The notes under the pieces are model-generated. The model saw only the letters and a program-made list of their open reading frames with translations, made no database searches and had not been told where the DNA came from. A DNA stretch of 64,000 bases, from IMG/VR virus record IMGVR_UViG_3300027782_000036. The stretch is one strand, 5' to 3'. Positions within the stretch are counted from its first letter, which is position 1. Each line of letters begins with the position of its first letter. Shown one piece after another: positions 29,553 to 39,258 of this stretch. The position numbers were made by a program, and so were the translations under genes. The stretch comes from a virus.

Positions 29553-32500
29553 GTGTCAACAACAAATAAATCTTTTCTAGTAAAGAACGGCCTTGCCGTT
29601 GGCGGTGCGTCTGGCATCGTTGAAGTCATTGACACTTCTGGTGCTTGGATTGGTGCAACAGGAACATTACATGGTGCTACAGGATATACTGGTGCTACAG
29701 GATTAACTGGTGCAACTGGTGTTCAAGGTGCTAGTGGTTCTACAGGATTAACTGGTGCTACAGGTGTTCAAGGTTTACAAGGTGCTTCTGGTGCCACAGG
29801 AACTCAAGGCGACCAAGGTGCTAGTGGATCAACAGGATTAACTGGCGCTACAGGTATCCAAGGTTTACAAGGTGCTTCGGGTGCTACAGGCACTGATGGT
29901 ATTCAAGGTGCTTCTGGTGCCACTGGCACACAAGGTGCTTCAGGTTCTACAGGTTTAACTGGTGCTACCGGTGTTCAAGGTAACCAAGGCGCTTCTGGTG
30001 CTACAGGTATTGGTCAACAAGGTGCTAGTGGTTCTACAGGTCTTCAAGGTCCATCCGGACAATCATCGAGTTATTATAACTATAATGCAAAAACTAATCA
30101 GCAATCAGGTGATCCAGGTAGCGGTCATGTAAACTGGAATAACGTTACTCTATTATCATCTACATACCTTCAAATCAGTCATTTAACTGGTGATTCAGTT
30201 GATGTGGATTTATTCCTAAGTATCATTAATCTAAATGATATCATCATTATCCAAGAACAAAATGATTCTTCAAGATTTCAAAAATGGCAAGTCAATGGCA
30301 CTCCAATAGCTCATACGAATTCATACTATGAATTTCCAGTAACACTACTTGATAGTGGAGGTACTGGTATTGGTAATAATAATAGTATCATCGTAGCTAT
30401 CGTATCGACACCAGTTGATGGTGCGACAGGATCTCAAGGTGCTACTGGTTTAACAGGTGCTACAGGTGTTCAAGGTATAACAGGTGCTTCAGGTGCTACA
30501 GGATCACAAGGTAACCAAGGGGCTACCGGCACTCAAGGTATACAAGGTGCTAGTGGTTCAACCGGCCTCACAGGCGCTACCGGTATTCAAGGTTTACAAG
30601 GCGCTTCAGGTGCTACCGGCACTGATGGTGTTCAAGGTGCTTCAGGTTCAACAGGACTTACCGGTGCTACCGGCGTTCAAGGTGCTTCAGGTGCCACAGG
30701 TGCTACAGGTTTCCAAGGTGCTAGTGGTTCTACAGGTCTTACTGGCGCTACTGGCGTTCAAGGAATTCAAGGTGCTTCAGGTGCTACTGGTTTAACTGGT
30801 GCTACTGGTGAAGCTCCGGCAGTTACAATTTATACAGCAAATTCTATTTCTTTAACAGATGGTGTTTATGTTTCAGGTAACGTTCAAAGCATCCAAGCAT
30901 TTAATGATGGTGATCAATACATATTAACAGACGGAAGTCATGCAGGTCCAGCGTGGATATTCAATGTAGATTACATCAATGTAGATAAATTTAATATTGT
31001 TGATCTTAATATTCAATATACTCAGGCTTCAGGCCATACGGTCTATATACAATTATATAATAATAATACATCAACATGGGATTCAATTGGTTCATATAAT
31101 GGTTTAGCTGGTTATTATATGTTTGAACTAGGCGTAATCTCATCATTACCATATGTATCAGCTGGTGTTGTATTATTAAGACTATACCACTCAAATACAG
31201 GTAACGTTTCACATCAATCAAATATAGATTATATTGCTCTTGTAGATTCTATACAAGGCGGTCAAGGTCCTACAGGTAGACCAGGCGCTACAGGTATTTC
31301 TGGTGCTACAGGCGTTCAAGGTATACAAGGCGCATCAGGTGCTACGGGAGCTGCGGGTTCAAATGGTACTAATGGCGCCACAGGTGTTCAAGGTATTCAA
31401 GGTGCTAGTGGCGCAACTGGTATTCAAGGTATTCAAGGTGCATCAGGAGCGACTGGTTCATTCAGTGCATTCACTGCACAGTTTGGTCCACAGACAGCTG
31501 CGACTGGTGCGACAGGTTATGTATTTGTATTAGGTACATTAACAGTAGGTACAGGAGCAACTGGCGCCACTGGTATCACAGGTGCAACTGGTTCTATCAA
31601 TGCTTCAGGTGATATTACAGTTAGAGCTGGTTCGACTACTGGTTCTGCAACAATTACTACACCATCTACTGAATTAGTATTAACACAAACTGGTGATCAA
31701 TATGGTCCTTCAACTTTAAGGCTACAAAGTCGTACTGGCTTAAATGGCGCTTTATTTGATTGTTCCGCTAATCCTTATGCTTTAGTTGATTTTGGATTTA
31801 AAACATCTGCCGCACAAAGAGTTTTAAGATTTGAAACAAGACCTGTTTTTGGTATTATTACTCAAGTTACACCTCGTGAATTCCAAATTGGCGATGCAGG
31901 TACTCCAACTTTAGTTACTGACGATACTGTAGTATTAGTAAACAAAACTACAGCATCAACCTCTACCACCTCTGGTGCTTTACAGGTCAAGGGTGGAGCA
32001 GGTGTTGCTGGAAATCTATATGTAGGTGGTAATACAGTTATCACAGGCGACTTATCTGTAAATGGTAACTTATCTGTATTAGGTACGGTGACATCAGTTA
32101 ATACTGTTAATCTATTAGTTCGTGATAATATTGTTACATTAGATTCGACCATACCTACAAACGTTCCAGCACCATCAATTGATTCTGGTATTGAAGTTAA
32201 TCGTGGTCTCTATCAAAATACTCAGTTGGTTTGGTCTGAAGTTGCAACTGCATGGAGAATGTCTGATGGTAATACGTTTGCTTCTATTTCTTCAGCAAAC
32301 TTAACTCAAGCGGCCTTCGGTCAATCTAACAATGCCTTTAACGTTGCTAATGCAGCCTTTACTCAGGCTAATAATTCATTTAATGTGGCCAATGCAATCT
32401 TTACATTAGCTAATAATACCACAGGTGTTGATACAACCCAAAACACTAATATATCATCAGCACAATCTTATGCTAATGGTGCCTTTGTTACTGCTAACTC

Positions 32501-34301
32501 AGCGGCCTCTTTTGCTAATGCAGCCTTTACACTTGCTAATAGTACCACAGGTGTTGATACAACACAGAATACAAACATTAGTTCTGCTCAGTCTTATGCT
32601 AATGGTGCCTTTGTTACTGCTAACTCAGCGGCCTCTTTTGCTAACGGTGCATTTACAGCTGCTAACGTTTCTCAAGCAATCAACAATACGCAAAATACTA
32701 ATATTAGTTCTGCTCAGTCTTATGCCAACTCAGCCTTCAATATTGCTAACTTGGCCTATTCACAAGCAAACATAGCCACACCAGCATTCGCTCAAGCTAA
32801 CAATGCCTTTAACGTGGCTAATTTAGCTTACACCCAAGCAAATAATGCGGCTTCATTTGCTAACTCAGCCTTTACGTTAGCAAACAACACCACTGGTGTA
32901 GATACTACTCAAAATACAAACATTAGTTCAGCACAATCTTATGCTAACGGTGCTTTTGTAACTGCTAACTCAGCGGCTTCATTTGCTAATGCAGCCTTTA
33001 CATTAGCTAATAATACGACAGGCGTTGATACAACACAAAATACAAACATTAGTTCTGCTCAATCATTTGCTAACGGTGCCTTCACGGCAGCTAACGTTGC
33101 ATACGGTAGAATTCAAATTACTGCTAACACAGGTGATTTACTTGCAAATGGTGTAAATACTCCAATTACAGGTAACATATTATTAGGTTTAGCAACGACT
33201 GCTGTAACGGCAGCTTCATATGCTAATGCTAATACAATTTCAGTTTATACTGTTGACACAAAAGGTCGTTTAACATATTCAGCTAACGTTCCTGTATCAA
33301 TCTCAGCCGCTCAAGTTACATCAGGTAGTTTAGCGATAGCTCAAGGTGGTACTAATCAATCTGCATTTACGACTGGTCAAAGATTATTCTATAACGGCGC
33401 TGCTTTTGTTTCATTAGCTAACTCAGCATTAACTCAAGGTCAATACGCTAACGCTAACACAATGGCTGTGTTTACGACAAATGCTTATGGTGATATTACT
33501 GCTGTAACTAATACGGCATTAGTAATTACATCATCACAAATTAGTGATCTATCAGCAACTATAACTCCACCTTTTGCACAAGCTAATAATGCTTTCAACG
33601 TAGCTAACGCTGCCTTTACTCAAGCAAATAATTCATTCAATGTAGCTAACGTAGCCTTTACAGCCGCTAACGTTGCTTATGGTAGAATACAATTAACTGC
33701 AAATACTGGTGACTTATTAGCTAACGGTATTAATACTCCTGTTACAGGTAATATATTACTTGGTTTAGCAACGACTGCTGTGACTGCGGCTACATATGGT
33801 GGTACAACAGCCATACCTGTATTCACAGTTGATACAAAAGGTCGTTTAACATATGCAGCCAACGTAGCATCACCAGCAGTAACAATCACTGATGACACAA
33901 CGACTGACGCTACCCGATATCCATTGTTTGCAGCTGCAACATCAGGTACATTATCTACTGTATATACTGGTTCTTCGGACTTACAATATAACCCATCTAC
34001 TGGTACTTTGAGTGCGGTTATATTCACTTCACTATCCGATGAAAATCAAAAAACTAATATTAAACCAATTCAAAATGCCCTAAATATAGTGAAGAATATT
34101 AAAGGTGTTACATTTGACTGGAAAGAAAGTAATCTTCCTTCTGCCGGTCTATTAGCACAAGATGTTGAAAAATATCTACCAGAATTAATAGAAACATCTG
34201 ATGATAAAAAGACACTTAATTACAATGGCGTCATCGGTATTTTAGTGGAAGCAATCAAAGAACTTAACGAAAAAGTTAAACAATTAGAGAATAAAGAATA
34301 A
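29553..34301 (+). CDS. Chimeric fibre: collagen + Ala-Asn coiled coil + S74 intramolecular chaperone
   Basis: FLVKNGL N-terminus, Gly-X-Y tracts, ANxA heptads, S74 motif SDENQKTNI...FDWK...GLLAQDVE. Confidence 0.85.
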   Translation: MSTTNKSFLVKNGLAVGGASGIVEVIDTSGAWIGATGTLHGATGYTGATGLTGATGVQGASGSTGLTGATGVQGLQGASGATGTQGDQGASGSTGLTGATGIQGLQGASGATGTDGIQGASGATGTQGASGSTGLTGATGVQGNQGASGATGIGQQGASGSTGLQGPSGQSSSYYNYNAKTNQQSGDPGSGHVNWNNVTLLSSTYLQISHLTGDSVDVDLFLSIINLNDIIIIQEQNDSSRFQKWQVNGTPIAHTNSYYEFPVTLLDSGGTGIGNNNSIIVAIVSTPVDGATGSQGATGLTGATGVQGITGASGATGSQGNQGATGTQGIQGASGSTGLTGATGIQGLQGASGATGTDGVQGASGSTGLTGATGVQGASGATGATGFQGASGSTGLTGATGVQGIQGASGATGLTGATGEAPAVTIYTANSISLTDGVYVSGNVQSIQAFNDGDQYILTDGSHAGPAWIFNVDYINVDKFNIVDLNIQYTQASGHTVYIQLYNNNTSTWDSIGSYNGLAGYYMFELGVISSLPYVSAGVVLLRLYHSNTGNVSHQSNIDYIALVDSIQGGQGPTGRPGATGISGATGVQGIQGASGATGAAGSNGTNGATGVQGIQGASGATGIQGIQGASGATGSFSAFTAQFGPQTAATGATGYVFVLGTLTVGTGATGATGITGATGSINASGDITVRAGSTTGSATITTPSTELVLTQTGDQYGPSTLRLQSRTGLNGALFDCSANPYALVDFGFKTSAAQRVLRFETRPVFGIITQVTPREFQIGDAGTPTLVTDDTVVLVNKTTASTSTTSGALQVKGGAGVAGNLYVGGNTVITGDLSVNGNLSVLGTVTSVNTVNLLVRDNIVTLDSTIPTNVPAPSIDSGIEVNRGLYQNTQLVWSEVATAWRMSDGNTFASISSANLTQAAFGQSNNAFNVANAAFTQANNSFNVANAIFTLANNTTGVDTTQNTNISSAQSYANGAFVTANSAASFANAAFTLANSTTGVDTTQNTNISSAQSYANGAFVTANSAASFANGAFTAANVSQAINNTQNTNISSAQSYANSAFNIANLAYSQANIATPAFAQANNAFNVANLAYTQANNAASFANSAFTLANNTTGVDTTQNTNISSAQSYANGAFVTANSAASFANAAFTLANNTTGVDTTQNTNISSAQSFANGAFTAANVAYGRIQITANTGDLLANGVNTPITGNILLGLATTAVTAASYANANTISVYTVDTKGRLTYSANVPVSISAAQVTSGSLAIAQGGTNQSAFTTGQRLFYNGAAFVSLANSALTQGQYANANTMAVFTTNAYGDITAVTNTALVITSSQISDLSATITPPFAQANNAFNVANAAFTQANNSFNVANVAFTAANVAYGRIQLTANTGDLLANGINTPVTGNILLGLATTAVTAATYGGTTAIPVFTVDTKGRLTYAANVASPAVTITDDTTTDATRYPLFAAATSGTLSTVYTGSSDLQYNPSTGTLSAVIFTSLSDENQKTNIKPIQNALNIVKNIKGVTFDWKESNLPSAGLLAQDVEKYLPELIETSDDKKTLNYNGVIGILVEAIKELNEKVKQLENKE
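32410..33090 (+). repeat. Tandem ~42-aa coding repeats (ANNTTGVDTTQNTNISSAQSYANGAFVTANSAASFANAAFTL)
   Basis: Four TTGVDTTQNTNISSAQS copies plus one AINNTQNTNISSAQS variant in the translation. Confidence 0.8.
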
Positions 34302-36418
34302 TGCCAGCACCAGTCAAAACCGTATTTTTAACCACAATTGGACAGTATTCATATACTATACCTAGTGACTTTAAATCATTAGTATCTGTTGAGGCTATAG
34401 GTGGTGGTGGTGCTGGTGCGGTAAATGCTCAAGCTGGTGGTGGTGGAGGCGGTGGTGCTTATGCCAAATCAACCACGATGTCATTAACTGCAAATCAAAC
34501 CTGTTTTGTTAGAGTGGGTGTTGCATTGTCTTCATGGTTTAACCCAACAGCAAATGCGTCTCCAACATTAAACTTATCAAGTGGCACTTCGGGAGTATTA
34601 GCTGCAGCAGGAGGGACCGGCACCACAGGTAACTCAGGTGCTGGTGGAGCTGGCGGTACAGTTGCAAATTCTACCGGTGACCTTAGATATGCGGGCGGAA
34701 ACGGTGGAACCGGTGGACCCGGCCCCTCTTCATACGGTGGTGCAGGTGGTGGAGCTGCTGGACCTGGTGGCATTGGAGGCAATGGTGGTAACGCAGTTCT
34801 TACATCTCCAAGTAGCCGAAATGGTGGTGGAGGATCAGGTGCAACATTAACTGTCGCAGGAACAAATGGTGTTAGTGGAACAAGTGGTGTAACTGGTGCT
34901 GGTGGTGCTTCGGCAGGTCAAACATCTGGTACAGCAGGCGATCCAGGTGGCCCCGGATCAAATGGTGGTGGCGGTGGTGGTGGATTGCTTAATGGTGGTG
35001 GTAGAGGTGGTGATGGTACATATTGGACATCTTTAACGGGTGCAACAGCCGGATCTGGCGGAGGTGCGGGTGGTAGCACTGCACTTGGTGGACTTTACGG
35101 AGGCGGTGATTCCGCTACAAATACCGCAAGTTCTGGTACCCAAGGCATCATCGTATTCACATATTATGCTAGAGTTGGTTCAGGCTTCGAAAAACCCGAT
35201 GATGTATTCGGCACAATAGACTTAGACGATCAATACGTCACAGACCAGTGGTTGGTTGACAAGTATGTCGGTGGCACATTGTTTGCGTGGGGAGTTGGTA
35301 CAGGGGGTGCATTAGGACTTGGCAATATTGCATATTACTCTTCACCTATTCAAGTGGGTTCTTTAGCTTCATGGAGTTACGTAAGTGCATCGTCATTTCA
35401 AAGTGGTGGTTTTACAAATTATTCAACGGCGATAAAAAACGATGGCACATTATGGTCTTGGGGTGTAAACGGATCTGGTCAATTAGGTGTTGGTAACACA
35501 ACAAGCTATTCATCACCTGTTCAAGTGGGTGCATTAACTAACTGGAAACAAACATCTACTGGTATTTTATATTGTTTAGCTATTAAAACTGATGGCACAT
35601 TATGGGCATGGGGATCAAATTCTGCCGGTCAATTAGGTAATAACAATATAACCAGTTATTCATCACCAATTCAAATAGGTGCATTAAACAATTGGAAACA
35701 AGTGTCAGCGAATAAAGGTTCTCCGGCTGTTGAACAATCAAGTGCTGCAGTAAAATTAGATGGCACTTTATGGGTTTGGGGTAGTAATAAAAATGGAGCA
35801 TTAGGAACTGCTGGTGTTAATAATTACTATTCTTCACCAATTCAAGTTGGTGCATTAAACAATTGGAAACAAGTATCTTCAGCATTTTTTCCAGGAACAA
35901 CTTCTTCTGGATGGATGGCATCCGTTAAAACAGATGGCACTTTATGGACATGGGGATATAATGCTTTTGGACAATTAGGTAATGGTAATAGAACATATTA
36001 TTCATCACCAATTCAAATAGGTGCATTAAACAATTGGAAACAAGTATACGCTGGTGGTCAACATTGTTTAGCCATTAAAACTGATGGCACATTATGGGCA
36101 TGGGGATCAAATTCTACCGGTCAATTAGGCAATGGCACTGTAACAAGTTATTCATCACCAATTCAAATAGGTACATTAACTAATTGGAAACAAGTATCTA
36201 CCAACTATGATGGAGTTACAGCTTCAACTTTAGCCATTAAAACTGATGGCACTTTATGGGCATGGGGCGGTAATGCTCTTGGCCAATTAGGTCAAAATTA
36301 TTCTGCAACAACATCTTATTATTCTTCACCAATTCAAGTTGGTTCTTTGACTAATTGGAAGTATGTTTCATTTGGTGGAAACCATGTATTAGGAATCACC
36401 TTTACGGATTTAAACTAG
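34301..36418 (+). CDS. Polyglycine-rich domain + 7-repeat RCC1-like beta-propeller protein A
   Basis: VEAIGGGG...QGIIVFTY Gly-rich domain; seven SSPxQxG..xWKQV...KTDGTLWxWG repeats; TAATG coupling to the upstream fibre. Confidence 0.85.
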   Translation: MPAPVKTVFLTTIGQYSYTIPSDFKSLVSVEAIGGGGAGAVNAQAGGGGGGGAYAKSTTMSLTANQTCFVRVGVALSSWFNPTANASPTLNLSSGTSGVLAAAGGTGTTGNSGAGGAGGTVANSTGDLRYAGGNGGTGGPGPSSYGGAGGGAAGPGGIGGNGGNAVLTSPSSRNGGGGSGATLTVAGTNGVSGTSGVTGAGGASAGQTSGTAGDPGGPGSNGGGGGGGLLNGGGRGGDGTYWTSLTGATAGSGGGAGGSTALGGLYGGGDSATNTASSGTQGIIVFTYYARVGSGFEKPDDVFGTIDLDDQYVTDQWLVDKYVGGTLFAWGVGTGGALGLGNIAYYSSPIQVGSLASWSYVSASSFQSGGFTNYSTAIKNDGTLWSWGVNGSGQLGVGNTTSYSSPVQVGALTNWKQTSTGILYCLAIKTDGTLWAWGSNSAGQLGNNNITSYSSPIQIGALNNWKQVSANKGSPAVEQSSAAVKLDGTLWVWGSNKNGALGTAGVNNYYSSPIQVGALNNWKQVSSAFFPGTTSSGWMASVKTDGTLWTWGYNAFGQLGNGNRTYYSSPIQIGALNNWKQVYAGGQHCLAIKTDGTLWAWGSNSTGQLGNGTVTSYSSPIQIGTLTNWKQVSTNYDGVTASTLAIKTDGTLWAWGGNALGQLGQNYSATTSYYSSPIQVGSLTNWKYVSFGGNHVLGITFTDLN

Positions 36419-36449
36419 ATATATAATAAAAAAACTTAGGAAATAAAAT

Positions 36450-37091
36450 ATGAAATACTTACTCGTTCAAAACAAAACAACTGTTCTTTTAGGACCTATT
36501 GAATGGCGTCCTAGATTTATTCAGTCAGAACTTAATGATCTGTTTGATGCTGGTGAAAAAGCAACGGCTTACACTATCTCACCCACAGAAACAGGTTACA
36601 TAGACTGTAATGATGGATTTGAAATATTTCCTATCGCATCATCAGAAGGTTCTGCTCATGATCCAATCTATGAACAACTTGCTGGTCCATTCTACACATA
36701 CGATAACAATGTAGCTTCAGAAGTTTACAATGTTCTCGATAGAGACATCTCTCATGTTAAAGAATCACTCAAACAAGTGGCAAAGTTAGAAAGACAACGT
36801 AAACAACTATTAGGAACTACCCTAAATATTGGTGGAACTGATGTGACATTAGCGACTGATGCTGATGAGTTGGCAAACTTTGTTTCTTTACTTGCTTCGA
36901 TTGGTGTAGATTCAGTTAATTGGAAATTCAAAGAAGGATTTATCACGTTGACTAAAGCAAATGTTCAAAGTATCGTTGATGCAATTCGTTCACACATTCA
37001 AACTCAATTTGATTGGGAAAAAACAATTGGTGAAACAATTGAAACTGCAACAGAATTATCTTCATTAAAATCTCTTACTATTACTGAGTAA
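36450..37091 (+). CDS. DUF4376-like protein, putative fibre assembly/attachment factor
   Basis: AKLERQRKQLLG...VNWKFKEGFITLT...IRSHIQTQFDWE; lies among fibre genes. Confidence 0.55.
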   Translation: MKYLLVQNKTTVLLGPIEWRPRFIQSELNDLFDAGEKATAYTISPTETGYIDCNDGFEIFPIASSEGSAHDPIYEQLAGPFYTYDNNVASEVYNVLDRDISHVKESLKQVAKLERQRKQLLGTTLNIGGTDVTLATDADELANFVSLLASIGVDSVNWKFKEGFITLTKANVQSIVDAIRSHIQTQFDWEKTIGETIETATELSSLKSLTITE

Positions 37092-37094
37092 TCA

Positions 37095-39203
37095 ATGGCA
37101 CAAAAAGTCGTCTTTATAACCACAATTGGTGCCGGTACATTCACGGTACCTGTTGATTTCGCATCACTAGTATCCGTCGAGGCTATTGGTGGTGGCGGAG
37201 GTGGTGGAAGTTCTACATCAAATGGTGGTGGTGGTGGAGGTGCATATGCAAAATCTACATCAGTTACAAGTTTAGTTGCGGGTGGTACAGCATATTATTC
37301 AGTAGGAATATTCGGCGTTGGTGGTAGTACCGGTACCGCAGGAGGCGATTCATGGTTCAATGCAGCCTCTAACGCTGCACCAACATTAAATACACAAGGT
37401 TGTTTAGCCAAAGGTGGCGGTGGTGGTGGCAATTCTGGAGGTTCTGGTGGTGCGTCAGCATCATGTATACCTATTACAGGAGCATTCTCTGGAGGAACTG
37501 GAGGCAATCCTGGAGGTACTTCAGCCGGTGGTGGCGGTGGTGCTGCAGGTCCAGGTGGTATCGGCGGTAATGGTAGCGCAGCTTTTGGAACCGGTCAAGG
37601 TAAAGGTGGCGGTGGCGGTGGTGCTTCATTATTAGCTGCAGGAAATAATGCTGGAACTGCTACATCGACAAACGGAGGTTCAGGTGGTAATGGTGGCAGT
37701 GGCACCGGTGGCGGTACTGCTGGTACTAATGCAATTAATGCTACTAGTGGCACTGCGGGAACTGGCGGTGGTGGTGGTGGTGGAGGCACATTTGGTGGTG
37801 ATGGCGGCGCAGGTGGCACAGGAAGTTATTGGACACAATCTTCTAATTCAGCAACAGCAGGTTCTGGTGGAGGTGGTGGTGGAGGCAATGGTGTTGGTGG
37901 ATTGTATGGTGGTGGCGGTTCAGGCAGTGGCACTAATGGCGCTCAAGGCATCATCGTATTCACATATAATGTTTCAGCAACTGGTCAAGGCAATATACCA
38001 TACCAACCAGGAACAGGATTTAGAACGACAGACCCTAATACAAATAATACACAAGATTTAGGTTCACGATATATCACAAAGGATTATTTACTCGATGTTT
38101 ATCCTAACATAGCATCAAGCACAGGTAACAGAACGGCACCAGGATTGTGGGGTTGGGGAGTTAATGATACAGGTCAATTAGGTAATGGTAACACTACATA
38201 TTATTCATCACCTGTTCAAGTTGGTTCATTAACTAATTGGAAGCAAGTAAGCAGTAATCAAAATACAGGCCAAGTTGCAGCAATCAAGACAGATGGTACA
38301 CTATGGACATGGGGGGTTGGGTTTGCTGGTGCATTAGGACTTAGTAATACTGTCTCTTATTCATCTCCTGTTCAAGTAGGGGCATTGACAAACTGGAAAC
38401 AAGTAGAAATGGGGGTTTATACTTGCATAGCTATTAAGACTGATGGTACGTTATGGGGATGGGGACGTAATTCTGCGTTTGGGCAAGTAGGTAATAATTC
38501 TTTAATAGATATATCATCACCTGTTCAAATTGGAGCATTGACAAATTGGAAACAAGTATCCACTACTAATAGTTATGCTGTTGCAGCAATCAAGACAGAT
38601 GGTACACTATGGACCTGGGGATATAATCTCAATGGACAATTAGGTGTTGGTAATATCACAAACTATTCAAGTCCGGTACAAGTAGGAACATTAACAACAT
38701 GGAAACAAGTAGTTTGTAAATCTGCAACATACGCTATAAAAACAGATGGTACATTATGGGCGTGGGGAGATAATTCAAGTGGACAGTTAGGTATTGGAAA
38801 TAGAACATCATATTCATCACCGGTTCAAGTTGGTTCATTGACAAATTGGAAACAACTTTATCCTGGAAGTTCATCTAATAGTATACATGCTATAAAAACA
38901 GATGGTACATTATGGGCATGGGGAGATAATAGTCTCGGTATACTCGGTATAAATAATACTAGAAACTATTCATCACCTGTTCAAGTAGGGGCATTAACTA
39001 ACTGGAAAGCAGTTGCTACAGGATCAGGTTATGCAACATTAGCACTAAAGACTGATGGAACTTTATGGGGTTGGGGAAATAATTCATATGGTCAAATAGG
39101 TTTAAATAACACAGCATATTTCTCATCACCAGTTCAAGTAGGGACATTAACTACGTGGAAAGCAGTATCAGGATCAATCGCAATTCAAGACGGATACATA
39201 TAA
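37095..39203 (+). CDS. Polyglycine-rich domain + 7-repeat RCC1-like beta-propeller protein B
   Basis: Paralogue of 34301; seven LWxWG repeats. Confidence 0.85.
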   Translation: MAQKVVFITTIGAGTFTVPVDFASLVSVEAIGGGGGGGSSTSNGGGGGGAYAKSTSVTSLVAGGTAYYSVGIFGVGGSTGTAGGDSWFNAASNAAPTLNTQGCLAKGGGGGGNSGGSGGASASCIPITGAFSGGTGGNPGGTSAGGGGGAAGPGGIGGNGSAAFGTGQGKGGGGGGASLLAAGNNAGTATSTNGGSGGNGGSGTGGGTAGTNAINATSGTAGTGGGGGGGGTFGGDGGAGGTGSYWTQSSNSATAGSGGGGGGGNGVGGLYGGGGSGSGTNGAQGIIVFTYNVSATGQGNIPYQPGTGFRTTDPNTNNTQDLGSRYITKDYLLDVYPNIASSTGNRTAPGLWGWGVNDTGQLGNGNTTYYSSPVQVGSLTNWKQVSSNQNTGQVAAIKTDGTLWTWGVGFAGALGLSNTVSYSSPVQVGALTNWKQVEMGVYTCIAIKTDGTLWGWGRNSAFGQVGNNSLIDISSPVQIGALTNWKQVSTTNSYAVAAIKTDGTLWTWGYNLNGQLGVGNITNYSSPVQVGTLTTWKQVVCKSATYAIKTDGTLWAWGDNSSGQLGIGNRTSYSSPVQVGSLTNWKQLYPGSSSNSIHAIKTDGTLWAWGDNSLGILGINNTRNYSSPVQVGALTNWKAVATGSGYATLALKTDGTLWGWGNNSYGQIGLNNTAYFSSPVQVGTLTTWKAVSGSIAIQDGYI
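38948..38955 (+). promoter_or_regulatory. Possible embedded late promoter TATAAATA for the 39259 gene
   Basis: Exact consensus inside the coding sequence, ~300 nt upstream of 39259. Confidence 0.4.
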
Positions 39204-39258
39204 ACTATGGCATATTTGAGACGCTGTTGCAATAAAAACACTAGCATAAGGAAAATAA

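Noticed and set aside
36401-36427. Sigma70 promoter before the DUF4376-like gene
   Set aside because: TATAAT is present, but the best -35 (TTTACG) is weak and only 15 nt away.
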